Both the position numbers and the translations under genes were made by a program. DNA of 64,000 nucleotides from Octopus sinensis. Lineage: Eukaryota. Of the stretch, positions 11,287 through 24,099 are shown piece after piece (position 1 is the first letter of the stretch; each line of letters opens with the position of its first letter). The stretch is taken from positions 1 to 64,000 of the forward strand of contig NW_021836127.1 of the NCBI RefSeq assembly GCF_006345805.1. The letters run 5' to 3'. The notes under the pieces were generated by a model. That model had not been told where the DNA came from. It searched no databases and saw nothing but the letters and a program-made list of their open reading frames with translations.

Positions 11287-12698
11287 TAGGGCAACCAAAA
11301 AATTGCACTTTTTAATAAAAAAAATTGCAAAAATGAATTTTAAAAATTGTAAAAAATTGCACAAATAATTTTTTTTAATTGTAAACATTACATTATGCAA
11401 AAAATTAACGAAATTATTTATTGTAATAGGAAATCAAATATTCCTGAACATTTTCAGGTTTAAAGTTCCTCTCTTTACTAAGAATTTTCGTCAAAAGAGA
11501 TATTGCCCTTTCGATAGATGCTGAACTTGCGCTACATTTTCTGAGATGTGAATAAACTTCTGGCGATAGATTCTTATTTGAGAATTCAAGAATACTTAGT
11601 ATTCCTGATTTCTCAAGCTTTTTTGATATATAGGATTTTATGTCGCATGGATCTGATGTAAAGTCTAGGGTGTTTAGATCACCATAAGCTGTTGCAATGG
11701 AGTAATCAAGCAATTCAGTATTTGAAATCATTTCAATTAATCCCAAATAATTTGAACTGATTTGGGTTAAGCTTGGAAACAACGTAGGATTATTCACTGA
11801 TTTTTTTGCCTAAAATAATTAAAAACTAAAACATTTTGTATTAAAACTCCATCTCCTTCAAATTCAGATACGATTTTAATAATTTCTGGAAGATTCTGGG
11901 AGTAATATTTTGCTGCTTTTAGCCAGCTTCCCCATCTTGTAACCACAACTTCGGGTGGATTTCCGATTCGTGAAAACATTGAATAACTTAAAAAAAACAA
12001 CAGTAAATGAGTCTGAATGGTATTAATTTTATATTTTGATATTTCTTTAACATTTAACCTGCAAGATGATTCAGATGGCAAAGGATATGTTTCCTGCTCA
12101 AAAAGCCGTATGAGGGAAGGATGTCTGATTTTATAAATTGGTATGTTTGCCTCCAAAAACGCTTGTGTTACTTTGATCCCCCAATCCTTTCGAGTATCCG
12201 TTATCGCCGAAAGAAATGTTTGTGAACTCTGAGATGAATTTGTCCATTCTATAAATTTAAATTCAAAGAAATACTGTGTGCTTTTAAATGTTTTTTTGAA
12301 GAACGGTGCGCATCAACAAAAAATTTTGTGTCACACCGTACAACAGTTGAGCAATTGGAGCAAAATAAATTCCCTTCACTGTCAATAACAAACTCGGGGA
12401 ATTTCTTTGCATAAAATGAAATTTTCTGTGACACTGTCCTTTTACCCATTACAACAAACAACTAAAACACGTTTTAATAATCTTTTACTTATAATTATAT
12501 TATTTTTTAATAAAAAAATTTTTTTTTAATTTAAAAAAATTGCAAAAAATTGTAAAATGACTACAAAAAATTGCAAAAAATTGCAAATTTAAATCGAATA
12601 AAAATATAATTAAAATTAATGTCTATTCATTACTTTATTATTTATCGAATTTTAATTAAATTATATTTAATTGCAAAAAATTGCAATTGGTTGCCCTA
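11287..12698 (-). mobile_element. CGGBP1-like hAT DNA transposon, internally deleted, with two micro-introns
   Basis: TIRs tagggcaaccaa / ttggttgcccta; 8-bp TSD ataataat (11279-11286, 12699-12706). Zinc finger LFCSNCSTVVRCDTKFFVDAH, VVTRWGSWL, ASSASIERAIS. GT-AG introns 12249-12274 and 11810-11832 join the ORFs in frame. Empty site at about 4680. Confidence 0.9.
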
Positions 12699-13269
12699 AT
12701 AATAATTGAAGTTATCAAAGTTTAAAACGTCAATATTTACATAAAATAAATTAATGAGGTAAAAAATTTGTTCAACTTTCTTTGATCGTGTAAGTATCAG
12801 AATTATATGCTAATCCCAATCCGTCAAATATAAAAAAATATTAAAAAAGAAATTTTTAAATTTTCAGAAAAATAGAATTAATTCAGAAAATTATTAAGCA
12901 AATAAAAAATTTATTAACAAATTAATTTAAATAAAAATTAATTAACATATATTTTATCTGATGTCAAATCATGTAGGTCATTATATAGCCTAAAATAATA
13001 GCCTTCTACGAACAGTGAGAATACTGACCAAAAAACCAAGAATATTAAAGGAAAAAGAAACCAAAGGTACTATAAACATTAACTAATAATAGCCGATGGT
13101 TCCATGAATTACGGGACGAACTAGAAAGAACTCCCACAAGTAAAAAACTATTTATTTCATGACCAACAGCCCCAATTTCCAAGACCAATACACCAAAGAC
13201 CGAAAAAATGAAAAGCTCTAACCCAAATAAGCCATCCATCAGTCAAAATACATTCGAAAAATTTGCAAA

Positions 13270-13500
13270 TTTAAAAAAATTAGTCGAAGAATCTCAAGAA
13301 GCAGGAACTGAACAATTTCAAGGGTTTGATAAAGAAGATTTCGATTCAATCCCCTACAAGTATTTAAAATTAATTATTTAAGTAATTTGGATTGGAATGA
13401 TTCATCCAGGGACTGTTTTGTCGAGGGAACTGGTATTTATATATTTGTATGTTAGAAATGATTCTCCAACCATGTTACTACAGCAAAAAAATTAAAGAAT
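13270..13500 (+). repeat. About 200-bp coding-like segment duplicated at 17290-17460
   Basis: LVEESQEAGTEQFQGFDKEDFDS in both copies; the second lacks about 36 bp that include a GT-AG micro-intron-like stretch. Confidence 0.75.
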
Positions 13501-14849
13501 TGGTATTTTGACGTTTTTTGTTAAAAATAGGTCCCGCCGTTGAAGTTGGGAAGACACAGTGACACAACTTTGGCACTTATGTTTTATTTGAACACTCAAA
13601 ATGAACTCCATGTGAATACAAGCATTGAATTGTAGTTTAGAGCTGTCAAAGTTGTTTAGATTTCGTAGGAATTGGAGATACCACAAAGCCCAGCAAGTTT
13701 GGATAACCGGGACAAGCACAAAGACCCAGGAATTGATCGCCAATAAACCGACAGAGTCTTTTACAGAAACATTTACTTATATAAATCCTAGTGAAATGAA
13801 AAAAGTATATTTTAGTGATAAATTGTTTAGTATAAAAAGGAATTTTTTATTAATTCGGAGACTTTGGAGTATATAAACTATTCGGATTTGTTGAAAGATA
13901 AGGGACCAAGTGATGTTCATGAGGCAGCTTCAGCCGCATTTAAACAATTTTTAAAAAAATAATTAATTTTTTAGTTTTGGGTTTTTTATTTTTTGGCTAT
14001 AGATTAATTTTGTTTTTGTTCATTTTTTATAGTAATGTTAAGTAACTGTAATAATAATTTTTTTAGCATTTCCTGCTTTACTGTTTAAATTAAAAAGTAC
14101 TTTGCCTCTTTTTTATTTTGTTCTTTATTAAGTTATTAAGTATTAGACTAAATCGATTGTAAAAAATTGGTTCTTGGAACTTCCATTCAATTTTGTTCAG
14201 TTTATCTGGTGAACTAGCGTTTTGTTACATTTAATTCTACCTGACTCGATTTTGTGATTTTTGCTTTCAAGTTTTTCATTATTTTTGATTTCGGGAAGAT
14301 AGTTTCCAGTTCTTTAGATTAATGTATTTACATTATAGAGTTCTTTAGATGAATGTAGTCGTATAGTAGTTTGAATTCCAAAGTTACTGATAATTTGTTC
14401 AAATTTAAATTTCACGATTCCACAAAACAGTATCTGAAAATTAATTCTAAAACTATGCAACTGTTTCTAATATTTTCACCCGATTTATTTGATGCTTATT
14501 TTTTAGAATCGTTCTGAATTTGACAAAGTCATCCCTATGTATTTACTATCTTTGTTATTATATTAGGGTTATCAAATTCTCAAATTTTTTTGATTTTCAA
14601 TATCTCCGTTTTCAAAAATCTATCTTTCATTAAAGATTTTTGAAAAAAATATACTTCTTACAAAATAGATTAAACAAGAAAACTTAAAATATAAACTCTT
14701 AACTGTAAAGCAGAATTAATAAATTGAATTTTATTTAGATCAGTTATAACTAATTAAGAATCCATAGAAGTCTTCTATTTAAGGTTCATTGTTTTATACA
14801 AGTCTACTGATTTTTTCGGCTTTATCCAATTCACATAAACTAATAAATT

Positions 14850-15808
14850 AAAATATAAACGATTACTTTTTCTAAAATTTCCGATAAATATCACAGCAAT
14901 AACTGCTAATGTCACGTATATATACAAATCTACAAATTCACTTTATTAAACTAACATTTTAATTCTATTGTCTTTTCGTTCGTAAGATTATCAGGTTTCT
15001 CTCGACATAACTAACAGTAGAGTATTCTTCAAGATGTCCATATGGTAACACAAAAATAACGTTTAATAATAATATTTTTAATTTTGAATTTTTTAATTGC
15101 ATTGAAACTGAATCTAAAAATTAATTAAAATCTGTAAAACTGTTTTCGACTGTCTCACAAAGTCCGTAATTTATAATACAGAGAACGGCGGATGTAAAAT
15201 TATTTGTTTTAGTTTTTAATAAAAAATGGAAAAAATAATTATGATAGTAGAAAGTTTTTACTTCTAATAAAACATGATCAAAATCTATTTTAAATCTTGT
15301 TTAAAATACCAAAAAATATATTATTTTCATTTGTTTTTATCCAATATCTGAACGAAAAATTATCGTGCTTTAAAAGGAATTTTTCTCCTTTGGCAAGGTT
15401 TGTAGAATTATTCATATTCTTGTTTTCAAAAGCATTAATTATATCTTTTGAAGATTGTACATATTGTTGGCGATGAAAAGAAACCGAATCCGATTCTTTA
15501 AATAGTTTTATATATTTAGCCTTTGGCAGTTCTAATATTTAAAATAGTCCAAAAATTTTGAACCTTCATACAAAATTTCATATTTTGTTTCTTCACAAAA
15601 CATTTTCAAAGTTTTCGAACGATTAGCTTTAAATTCATCGTTAATTTCTACAAAATAATTAGAAATGCTTGCCAGTTATATTCAAGCAATTTGGTCCATT
15701 GAGGAGCGTTCCATTTGACAGAAATATTAATTCTAAAAATAAAATAACCTCAACTCTACCACCTTTGCTTATTACAACAGTTAAAATCAATAACAGTGAA
15801 ACGAACAT
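14850..15808 (-). pseudogene. Uncharacterised secreted-type protein, paralog of 22370-23468, at least one in-frame stop
   Basis: Signal-like MFVSLLLILTVVIS. Exons LELIFLSNGTL, ELPKAKY, FSFRYWI, IDFDHVLLEVKTFYYH, QIILHPPFSVL*, FVLPYGHLEEYSTVSYVE, separated by micro-introns. The 3' end is not resolved. Confidence 0.5.
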
Positions 15809-16364
15809 TCCTAAACTTTCTAGATAGAAAATGCCTTATAAGTATCTATATAAATAACACTTTCCTTCCTTTAAGTTTTCAGGAACGTCAAATATGGATA
15901 TTATTAAATTTACTGGGTGGTTAATAATTTTTAAATCTAAACTAACCGTCCCGTTTTCAAAATCCAAAAAAAATGTATTTTATTTTCCTGTGGCTCACTT
16001 CAGAGACCGCTATTTTTTGGAAAAATAAAAACTAAAAAACTTTTCTTAGCAGAGTTCACGTTGCTGGTTAAATCCAAGATTTTGTGTTGGTTATAAAGCC
16101 TTTTCAAAATTCAAAAAATAAGGCAACATTTATCGATAGCATTGAAGTCTCCATATAAGGATCCTAGTAAGCAAATTAACTATCCCTTTTTCACTAAAGG
16201 TATAAATTTGGCAAAAGTAAATAAAAATCCAAAAATGTAAGAATTTCTTTATTAGATTAACAAAAATGATAGAAAAGATAAATATAACCCTAAAAGTTAG
16301 ACATTTAAATATTTTTGGTATCAGCTGAGAACAAATATATGTCATTTTGTAATGTTTGTGTCGT

Positions 16365-16590
16365 GATAACTCAGAAGTCATTTGGCGTCATCTCGACGCA
16401 CTAAAAAGACTGCAGAACTATTCAGTAGACATGAGGGTAGCACATGACAAAGAAATATTCGAAATCCACAAAAATACCACGAAGAGTCCAAAAAACTGAA
16501 CTCTATGGTAAACACAAAAGAAAGTAAAATAATATCGGGGACCTACGAGCCGACCGACAAGGAGTCCGTCGACTGGAATCCCGGCATGTG
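16365..16590 (+). pseudogene. NAP1 (nucleosome assembly protein) family fragment
   Basis: EVIWRHLDALKRLQ...FEIH(K)KYHEE...KIISGTYEPTDKESVDW aligns with NAP1 RRVNALKNLQ...LERKY...EIINAIYEPTEEECEW; one -1 frameshift at about 16470. Confidence 0.55.
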
Positions 16591-18670
16591 TCTTACGGAA
16601 AGAGAGTTAAGGTGGTGAAAAAGCGGAAAAACTAGTCCCCGAAAGTCAAGCCCGTAAATTTGTTTTTTAGCATTATTTCCGAATCATTGAGTATGAGTGG
16701 GTCGTGATGTGGTAGGTGACAAGTCAGGTGTGAAACTGGAGGTAAGTGTGTGTGATGAGTGGTAAGAAAGGATGTTCGAGATGGACGTGGATGACACCAT
16801 TGAGATCTACCTTAGTCTCCGTAACTAAGTCATCCCCCAAACAGTCTTGTACTTCCCTTCGCAGTTATAGATATGGATGAAGTGATTTCCCTTCGCAGTA
16901 TAGATATGACAGGATAGTTGTGTGTTTTAATATCACAGAAATAAGTGAACAAGAATAGTTTAGGAGTTTTGTTTTCTCACTTTATTTTGAGTTATAATCT
17001 TTTTGGATGCAAAATCAACATTCTTGATCCAAAGAAACCTCAAAATCATTGTTTATTTAAAAATTTTGATTTATGTTAGAAAATTTAATAATAAATTCAT
17101 AAAATATTGAGTTTAGTTTTCAGGAAGAATTGTTGAATGATTAATTTTGAATTTAAAAAATTATTGTTTAATTTGATTATTTTAATTTTTTAGGAATTTG
17201 TTTTAACAATTTCATGAAATTCTGAATTTAGTTTTCAGGTGGGATCCCTTATTATATAATAAAAATGACGGAAATGCACAAATTCAACATTTGGTCGAAG
17301 AATCGCAAGAAGTAGGTACCGAACAATTTCAAGGCTTTGACAAGGAAGATTTTGATTCATTTGGATTGGAATGATTCATCCAAGGACTGTTTTATCAAAG
17401 GAACTGGTATTTATATATACCAGTCACTACAGCAAAAAAGTAAAAGAATTGGTTTATGACATTTTTTACATTTGTTTTGAATGATTTTCTAATGTAACAT
17501 GATAAATCTGTATGAAAATGTAACGTGATAAATTTTGTATGAAAAGTAAGTTTTAATAATGTTTTCAAATTTACTATGTTCCTTGAGTTCTCTTTTTTTA
17601 ATCTGGACAGTTATAATGTTTTAGAATTATCAATTTTAAATCATCCACATTTTAATACATATAATTATCAATTAATTATTCGAGTTTTTATATTAAATAT
17701 TTTGTAATAAAATTACGTAAATTTTATTTAATATTTTTGTAATCATTTTTACTGAACAGACTAATCATGAACTCCATCTTTGACTTCAATTGTCAAAGAA
17801 AAAAACTTATAAAGATTCAAACTCTACTTGCAGCCATTTATCGAAAATCCTTTTTGACTCCTTAAAAAAGACTAAAATATGAATTTGTAATTAGGAAAAA
17901 GGAGTAACCATAATCAAAAATTTTTCAAATATTCAAGTAGTAAACGACTTACGTTTTTTAACCGAAAGACTAGTCAATTTAAAAAACAATATCATATAGT
18001 TAAACAAAAAAGATTAGAAAACAAACAATTAAACTATGTTAGGATTTTTGAACCGTTTTACTCAATTTAAGGACAGTTCTATCTGCAAAATTAAATAAGG
18101 ATTAAGTGCTAGGTGTCATTATGTCTTGGGTTAGATGTTGTAGAGAATGCCAAAGGTGATTTCATTGAAGATATTGGGGGCATAGTCCGTTCCATTCCAA
18201 AAACGTTTTTTTGAAAAATCTGTTAATTTAGTCCGATATGATTGCTCCTCCGACCCTTAAAGATTCCATCTTATATTTATTAATTATTTTTTAAATGCAA
18301 TGTCTTTCATATATTTTATCTTATTTATATGTTTGGGACAGGATTCGTAACTAAAAAATTTATTGTTTTTTCTTAGTGATTTAGATTTTTTATATGGTAC
18401 GCTTAAAAATGCATTTGATTGAGACCTTTTTTAAAGCTTGTTTTGTTACATAAAAAATCTTAATTCTGTTTCATTAGTAACAGTATAAATACTGCCAAAA
18501 AATAGACAGATTTATTACTGTTTCGGTTAATATCAGAGTAGTAAAAAATTTAATTTATTTATTTAAGACCAAAACACCGTCATAACCATAATTAACTATT
18601 TCAGGTGATCCCAGCCTCTTTTAGAAACCTTCGCATATTTTCTCTGTGTTCTAAAGCGCATTGTCTAAGA

Positions 18671-19622
18671 CAGGGGTGTCAAACTCATTTCGCTTTGAGG
18701 GCCGCATTTTGTAACAATTTTGCTTCGAGGGCCGCATTTATAATAATTTCTCATTAAGGGAAGATTAGTTCTGATATTTATTATTAAGAGAAACTAAATT
18801 ATTGAATTATCGCCCTTCAATTTTGGTGAGAGCTGCTTCCAGAGGATTGACATCTTTTTTTAGATACAATTTTTGATATGTCAGGCTGAGCTATTCGTGT
18901 AGTTCCGACTTTTATTAAAAAGAATAAATGTTCATCAGTTAGTCTTGTTCTTTGAGCAGTTTTTGTCATTTTCATCTTTAAACAAGTGGACGTCGTCTGG
19001 ACAAATAATATTCGCTGTTTTTACACGGCATTGGTTAATGAAATCACCATCACAATATGATTTTCCATTTACTGCAAGCATTCTACTGATTTCATAGCTT
19101 GCAGTGACTAATGCAGTACTTCGATAATGATTTTTGTGAAATGAGTTTGTAACGCAGATAAATTTTTTCGCAATCCATTTAGCTTTGAAACACACATTGG
19201 ACCTTCTTGGTTAATAAGCAACTTAATACCTTCGAAATAATTGTATGATAGATGATTAGATTGATAATGCCTCTTTAGGTTGTGTTCTTTCTGTATAGCG
19301 ATAAACTTGTTACATATCAAACAATGTATTTTTCCATCAACCATTGTGCAAAAATAGAGAAGTTCCCATTTATCTTGAAACACTCTCCGTTCATCTTTCA
19401 AGAAGCGTTTCTTTTTATTCAAGAAGAAGCACGTGACATTAACAAACACGATTTAAAAATACAATTAAAAATTTTAATTAAATGTAAAAAAATAAAAAAT
19501 AATTTTTGCATTTTATAGCCATTAAATCAGACCACACTTATGTTTGGCAAAGTACGCTGAGGGCCGCACCTATGTCTTTCGAGGGCCACATGCGGCCGCG
19601 GGCCGCATGTTTGACACCCCTG
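18671..19622 (-). mobile_element. SPIN/GTF2IRD2-like hAT element, internally deleted (952 bp)
   Basis: Perfect TIRs caggggtgtcaaac / gtttgacacccctg; perfect TSD gtctaaga. RVFQDKWELLYF...CLICNKFIAIQKEHNLKRHY; C-terminus KKRCQSSG. Confidence 0.92.
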
Positions 19623-20199
19623 GTCTAAGAGGTCGAAAATCCCGAACATGGACTTTTTTCTTGAGGTTTCCAAAAAAAATTTAATAAGTACTTATCAAAC
19701 TAGAAATAAAATAATACAAATTACAAATAGACTTATAGCAAATTAACCATTCAAATGGTGTAAAAAGCTGCATCTTCTCGCGATAGCCTACAAAACCATA
19801 AATTATAAGCAATTTGCGACCAATATTCCTTTTTCCACCCGCATTCGAGACCTCCCGAGCCTTTGACCTCCAAACATCAAATTTTTTGAAGGACGTCGCT
19901 CTCTATTATTTATCAGAGAAAAATCGATGCATGCTAATCTTCTTGACTGCGACAGAAAATTCGCGAGCTATCGACTTGGTCAGGATCTAACCGATCTCTG
20001 GCAATGCACGCAAATCGAGCTTGTTTTTATTTTCAGAACTTTTCTTCAAAAAATTCTAGTAAGGGGGGGGACAATGACAGGTGCCAAAAACTTTAATGAT
20101 AAATGGTAAATTAATCAATACGTAAGTTTTGGAATAATTTGTAAATTTTTATATAATATCATTGATTTTTACTAATAAAAATTATTTGAAATAGAAACA

Positions 20200-21050
20200 A
20201 TAAACTATTTAAATAATCACGTTGTTCTGATGCCTAACAAAGTTATCATAAAAAATAATGAAGAGTAAAACATATTAAAATTCATCCTCGCTCGACAAGA
20301 ACTGAATATATTAGCTTCTCGGATGTATAAACTATAAAAGAAGGTTCTTTCGTAGCTATATCTTCAAGATTCTGAATCTAATCACATACTTGTTTAACTC
20401 ACCGAATATGCCGACATTTGCAGAATAGATTCACGACTCTAATTATTGTGAACACAATTCATTAGAAGAATTTTGTGGAAAATGATTTTATTAAAAGAGA
20501 TAATATTCATCAGCTGGTAAAAGACTGTGATATATGCCAGTCTGCAGTTCTAATGAAACAATATTATGACATAAGTTTATTTTTACGTTTTTATCGAATG
20601 AGAGATTTCAGATTGATATGATTTACATAAAAAGGTATAAAATTGTGTTATTTCCAAGGTTTGTAAATGACAATGATAAATTTTATTGGCTGTTAACTGT
20701 TATTGACGTCTATTCGAGATATAGTGTCATAAAGGAATCTTAGAACTAAAAATTCTATTAGTGTTGTGAAAAATTAAACGACATCTGCATGAATAATTGC
20801 CTTTGCCAATATTTTGACAACGGGACAGAATTCTAAAATATTCGACTTTCTAATTTATGTGAAAAATTCAAAATTACTCGAATTCATGGAAGGCCTTAGA
20901 ATCAAGGAATAGCTGAACGATTTAATCAGACAATCACACGAAGTTTATACAAATTTATGGCTTTGGACGATAAAAAAAGAGTGGATAAAACATATTCGAA
21001 AGGCTATATTTTCTACAGTCAAAGAGCTCATTCATTCACATATAAATTGC
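20200..21050 (+). mobile_element. Degenerate rve integrase (Ginger/GIN/KRBA2-like)
   Basis: HQLVKDCDICQ (zinc-binding), RFQIDM, DNGTEF, IHGRP..QGIAERFNQTI; multiple stops. Confidence 0.65.
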
Positions 21051-21349
21051 ATTTTTTAATTTACTAGGCTTTTGTACGTTTCAAAAATATCGTGGTATTT
21101 TTAGATTCAACATTGTTGTTGAATCTAATGTTGAGAAAAATTCAAAAAGTTCTGATATGGAGGAATTAGAAGCTGTAGAAAATCCCGACATTCATAATAA
21201 ATGTTTTTTATTGATATTTATTAGTAAATATGATGAGTATTCATGTAATTTTGAAATTTTAAAATTGCAGTCTCTGTATTATAGAAGAATGAATAGAATG
21301 ATGAGTAAACTATTTTTATTTTTGACAATCATTAACATTGATAATCGCT

Positions 21350-22005
21350 CGCAGCGCTCGACTATCAGCGCTTGCGAAATATTATGATTTCCATCTCATT
21401 AAATAGTTTTTATCTGTTCTTTTTCTCTCTCCTGAACATTTCGAATTGACTGAATTCTTTTTCTGTAATCGAAGTTTGGACTGGATCTGGTCTTGCCATC
21501 CCTGAGCTGGATCATTCTCAAAAAAGTTGGGATTCCATTCGGTGTAAAGAAATCGTGAAATGCCTGAAAACAAGCGCCAATCAAATTGAACTCGCCTCAA
21601 TGAACGCAGCAGCGTAACCACATCAGGGACTGGTTAAATGCCGTCCCACTATCTTCAGCCGGTTCACTCTTGAATGATAAGTCTGTTCGACTTGGAATTC
21701 CTCTTTGCCATCCCCATCCGTGCAAGTGTGGGCAGTTGATAGACTCTGATAGCCTCCACCTTCATTCCTGCCTGTTAAGTGGGAAAGGTACTCCAAGACA
21801 CTCCAGTTTGAACAACGTCGTCAAACTGAGCCTTGCTGCTGCAGGCTTTCCTTCGGTTCTGGAGCCCACTGGTCTTGATCGCGGAGACGGCAAGCGTTCG
21901 AACGGAATGACGTTCTTCCCATACAGCGAGGGCAAGTGTTTCGTATGGGATGTAACCTGTGCGGACACTTTTGGTCCGGAGATGGTTACTCAGTCTGCGT
22001 CGTAA
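21350..22005 (+). mobile_element. CRE-clade non-LTR retrotransposon C-terminal fragment (zinc knuckle plus RLE)
   Basis: LGIPLCHPHPCKCGQLIDSDSLHLHSC, RHSSLN, LEPTGLDRGDGKRSNG, VWDVTCADT. Confidence 0.85.
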
Positions 22006-22369
22006 TTTTTGTTTTTTAAATAAAATTACTTAGTGTAGACTAATTATGTTTTATAAAATCTATTTAGGTGTTTAATTAGGAAAATGAATGTGCTTTTTGT
22101 TAATTTAAAATCTTACCACGAACAAGTTACAAAAATGATAATAGTCCTAAGTTTTAAATGATATTTAACTAAAAGATTGCATAAACATTACTTTTAAGTT
22201 TTCTATATTAGTTAATATGCATAAAGGTAAGATTTACATTTAATCCTCTGTTGCGATTTAGTCAGCTAGCGATGCTCGACTGCTTACTCTCAAAGGTCTA
22301 TCGAGTCAGAGAAGAGGAAGAAGAGGGAAAGGAGTTGTATGATATGTATTTAATAAAGAATGTTAATAA

Positions 22370-23468
22370 CTAAATCAATTCCTGAACATTATTCCGATCA
22401 ACTGTTTTAGGAAAACCAACGGATCTTTTTGATCTCAAACAACCTAATATATTAAAATATATTGATTACATTCTACGAAGATGCAGAAGAAAATCACTAA
22501 CAATATGATTAATCCCACATACATGTACAAAACTAAAATTTCATTAAATTAACTCAACATTTTTTTTGTTCATTATTAAATTCAATTTAACTTTATTAAT
22601 TTCTTTTGGTTTTAACCATGTTATTTTTATAAAATCAGTCTCATTAAGCACTTCGTTTGACTCCTCCACATAACTGTTTATGTAATATATTTCTTGATGT
22701 TTATATGGTAGCTCAATAAACACAGTTAATGATATAATTTTCGATTTTAAATTCTCTAACTCGATAGTTACATAATCTAAAATAAAATAAAACATCCAAC
22801 TTTTTTCGGTGTGTCCACATAGATTGTATTCGTCGACACACACAGTGGCGGATCTAAAATTATTTGTTTTGTTATTAAATTGAATTTTAAAAAATATCTG
22901 TGATAATAAGTGGTTTGGACTTCTGATAAAATGTGATCAAAATCTATTTTCAATATCGTATTATATACCAAAAAATATTGTTTTTATGTGTGTTTCTAGC
23001 CAATATCTAAATGAATAATCAACATGGTTTAAATTGTATTCAATGTTTGGCTTTAAGTCTCCATGATTACTACGATTTCTCAGCTATTAATTATGGATCA
23101 AAAAATTAACTATTTCTATACTTTCTCTTGTTTGTAATGCAGATGTTTGTCTTAAAAAAATAACAGAATCCGATTTATTAATTGGTTTTCTAAATTCAGC
23201 CTTTGGCAATTCTATATTAGATTATTAAAATCTTAAACCATAAAACCAAACGTGAAATTTTCTATGTTTCATCCACAATCCAATACCAATCACATCTTTT
23301 GTGTTATATGCCATGTTTACATCTAAAAATAAACTTTTTAAAATCCTTGCCCCATAATTCAAAAAATTCTGGAGCATCAATAAGTGTTCCGTTTGACAAA
23401 AACATTAATTCTAGCACCTTATCGTTTAAGCGTATTACAGTTGCAAACAATAATAGTAATGCAAACAT
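22370..23468 (-). CDS. Uncharacterised secreted-type protein with micro-introns, paralog of 14850-15808 (may be disrupted)
   Basis: MFALLLLFATVI; LELMFLSNGTL; ELPKAEF; YSFRYWL; IDFDHILSEVQTTYYH; QIILDPPL; FIELPYKHQEIYYINSYVE. Intron positions shared with the paralog. Confidence 0.5.
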
Positions 23469-23624
23469 TTCAAAGCGTTCACGATAGCTACATTTATTAT
23501 TATTTATGGATTTTAATAACGTTTTCCTTCCTTGTTGCTCTTATAAATGCTAATTTAAGAATAATCCATATTTTGGTAACTTTTAGTTAACAGTTTTGAA
23601 TAATAATTTATTTATTAAAGCTGA

Positions 23625-23745
23625 CAAAATATTCCGCACTTTTGGATGAGTTTTTCGTGATGCCGATAGCGGTGGAGACGTCGGGTGCTCTTGGTTTAAT
23701 GACGGAAAACTTCCTCTGCAAGCTCGGGATCAAATTAAATTCTGT
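23625..23745 (+). mobile_element. CRE-like RLE fragment
   Basis: DEFFVMPIAVETSGALGLMTENFLCKLG, similar to 39540 and 56540. Confidence 0.75.
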
Positions 23746-24010
23746 ACGCATGCTTTCCAATGTTTTTCCGATGACCACAGACTGGATGGAAGCTTGTATG
23801 GGTTTTTCGAGACCAATTGAGTTGCAGTGATGTTTATAGAAATTACTCACAGCACAGTTCATTTTAGTACAAGTGGTACTATAGTTACCTTTCCGTTGTC
23901 GATTACTTCCAGCTCAGTGGCAAGCAAATCGTACTTTTAGAGCTTTTCCACCTCAACTTGCTTTAGGTTTTTTAGGAGGTGATCCCAATCTCAATATAAA
24001 AACTCGCACC
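23746..24010 (-). mobile_element. R4/NeSL-like LINE RLE C-terminal fragment
   Basis: YIEIGITS..NLKQVEVEK..KYDLLATEL...IVPLV...IQSVVIGKTLES. Confidence 0.7.
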
Positions 24011-24099
24011 GGATTGAATAATATTTTATCATTATTTGAATAGACCTGAGCCTCGCATTTTTAGCCAATTTTTTAAAATGAGTAATTTCCAATGGCAAA

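Noticed and set aside
10945-11400. 151-aa ORF as a host gene
   Set aside because: It spans the hAT terminus, flanking DNA and the LINE 5' repeats, so it is a chance composite.
13490-16000. KDZ/Zisupton or Merlin transposase
   Set aside because: The resemblance was limited to scattered Cys/His; 14850-15808 is better explained as a spliced gene with a signal peptide and a paralog.
16690-16920. LTR or primer-binding site of an LTR retrotransposon
   Set aside because: Only a short ttcccttcgcag duplication and low-complexity sequence; no partner LTR and no gag/pol motifs.
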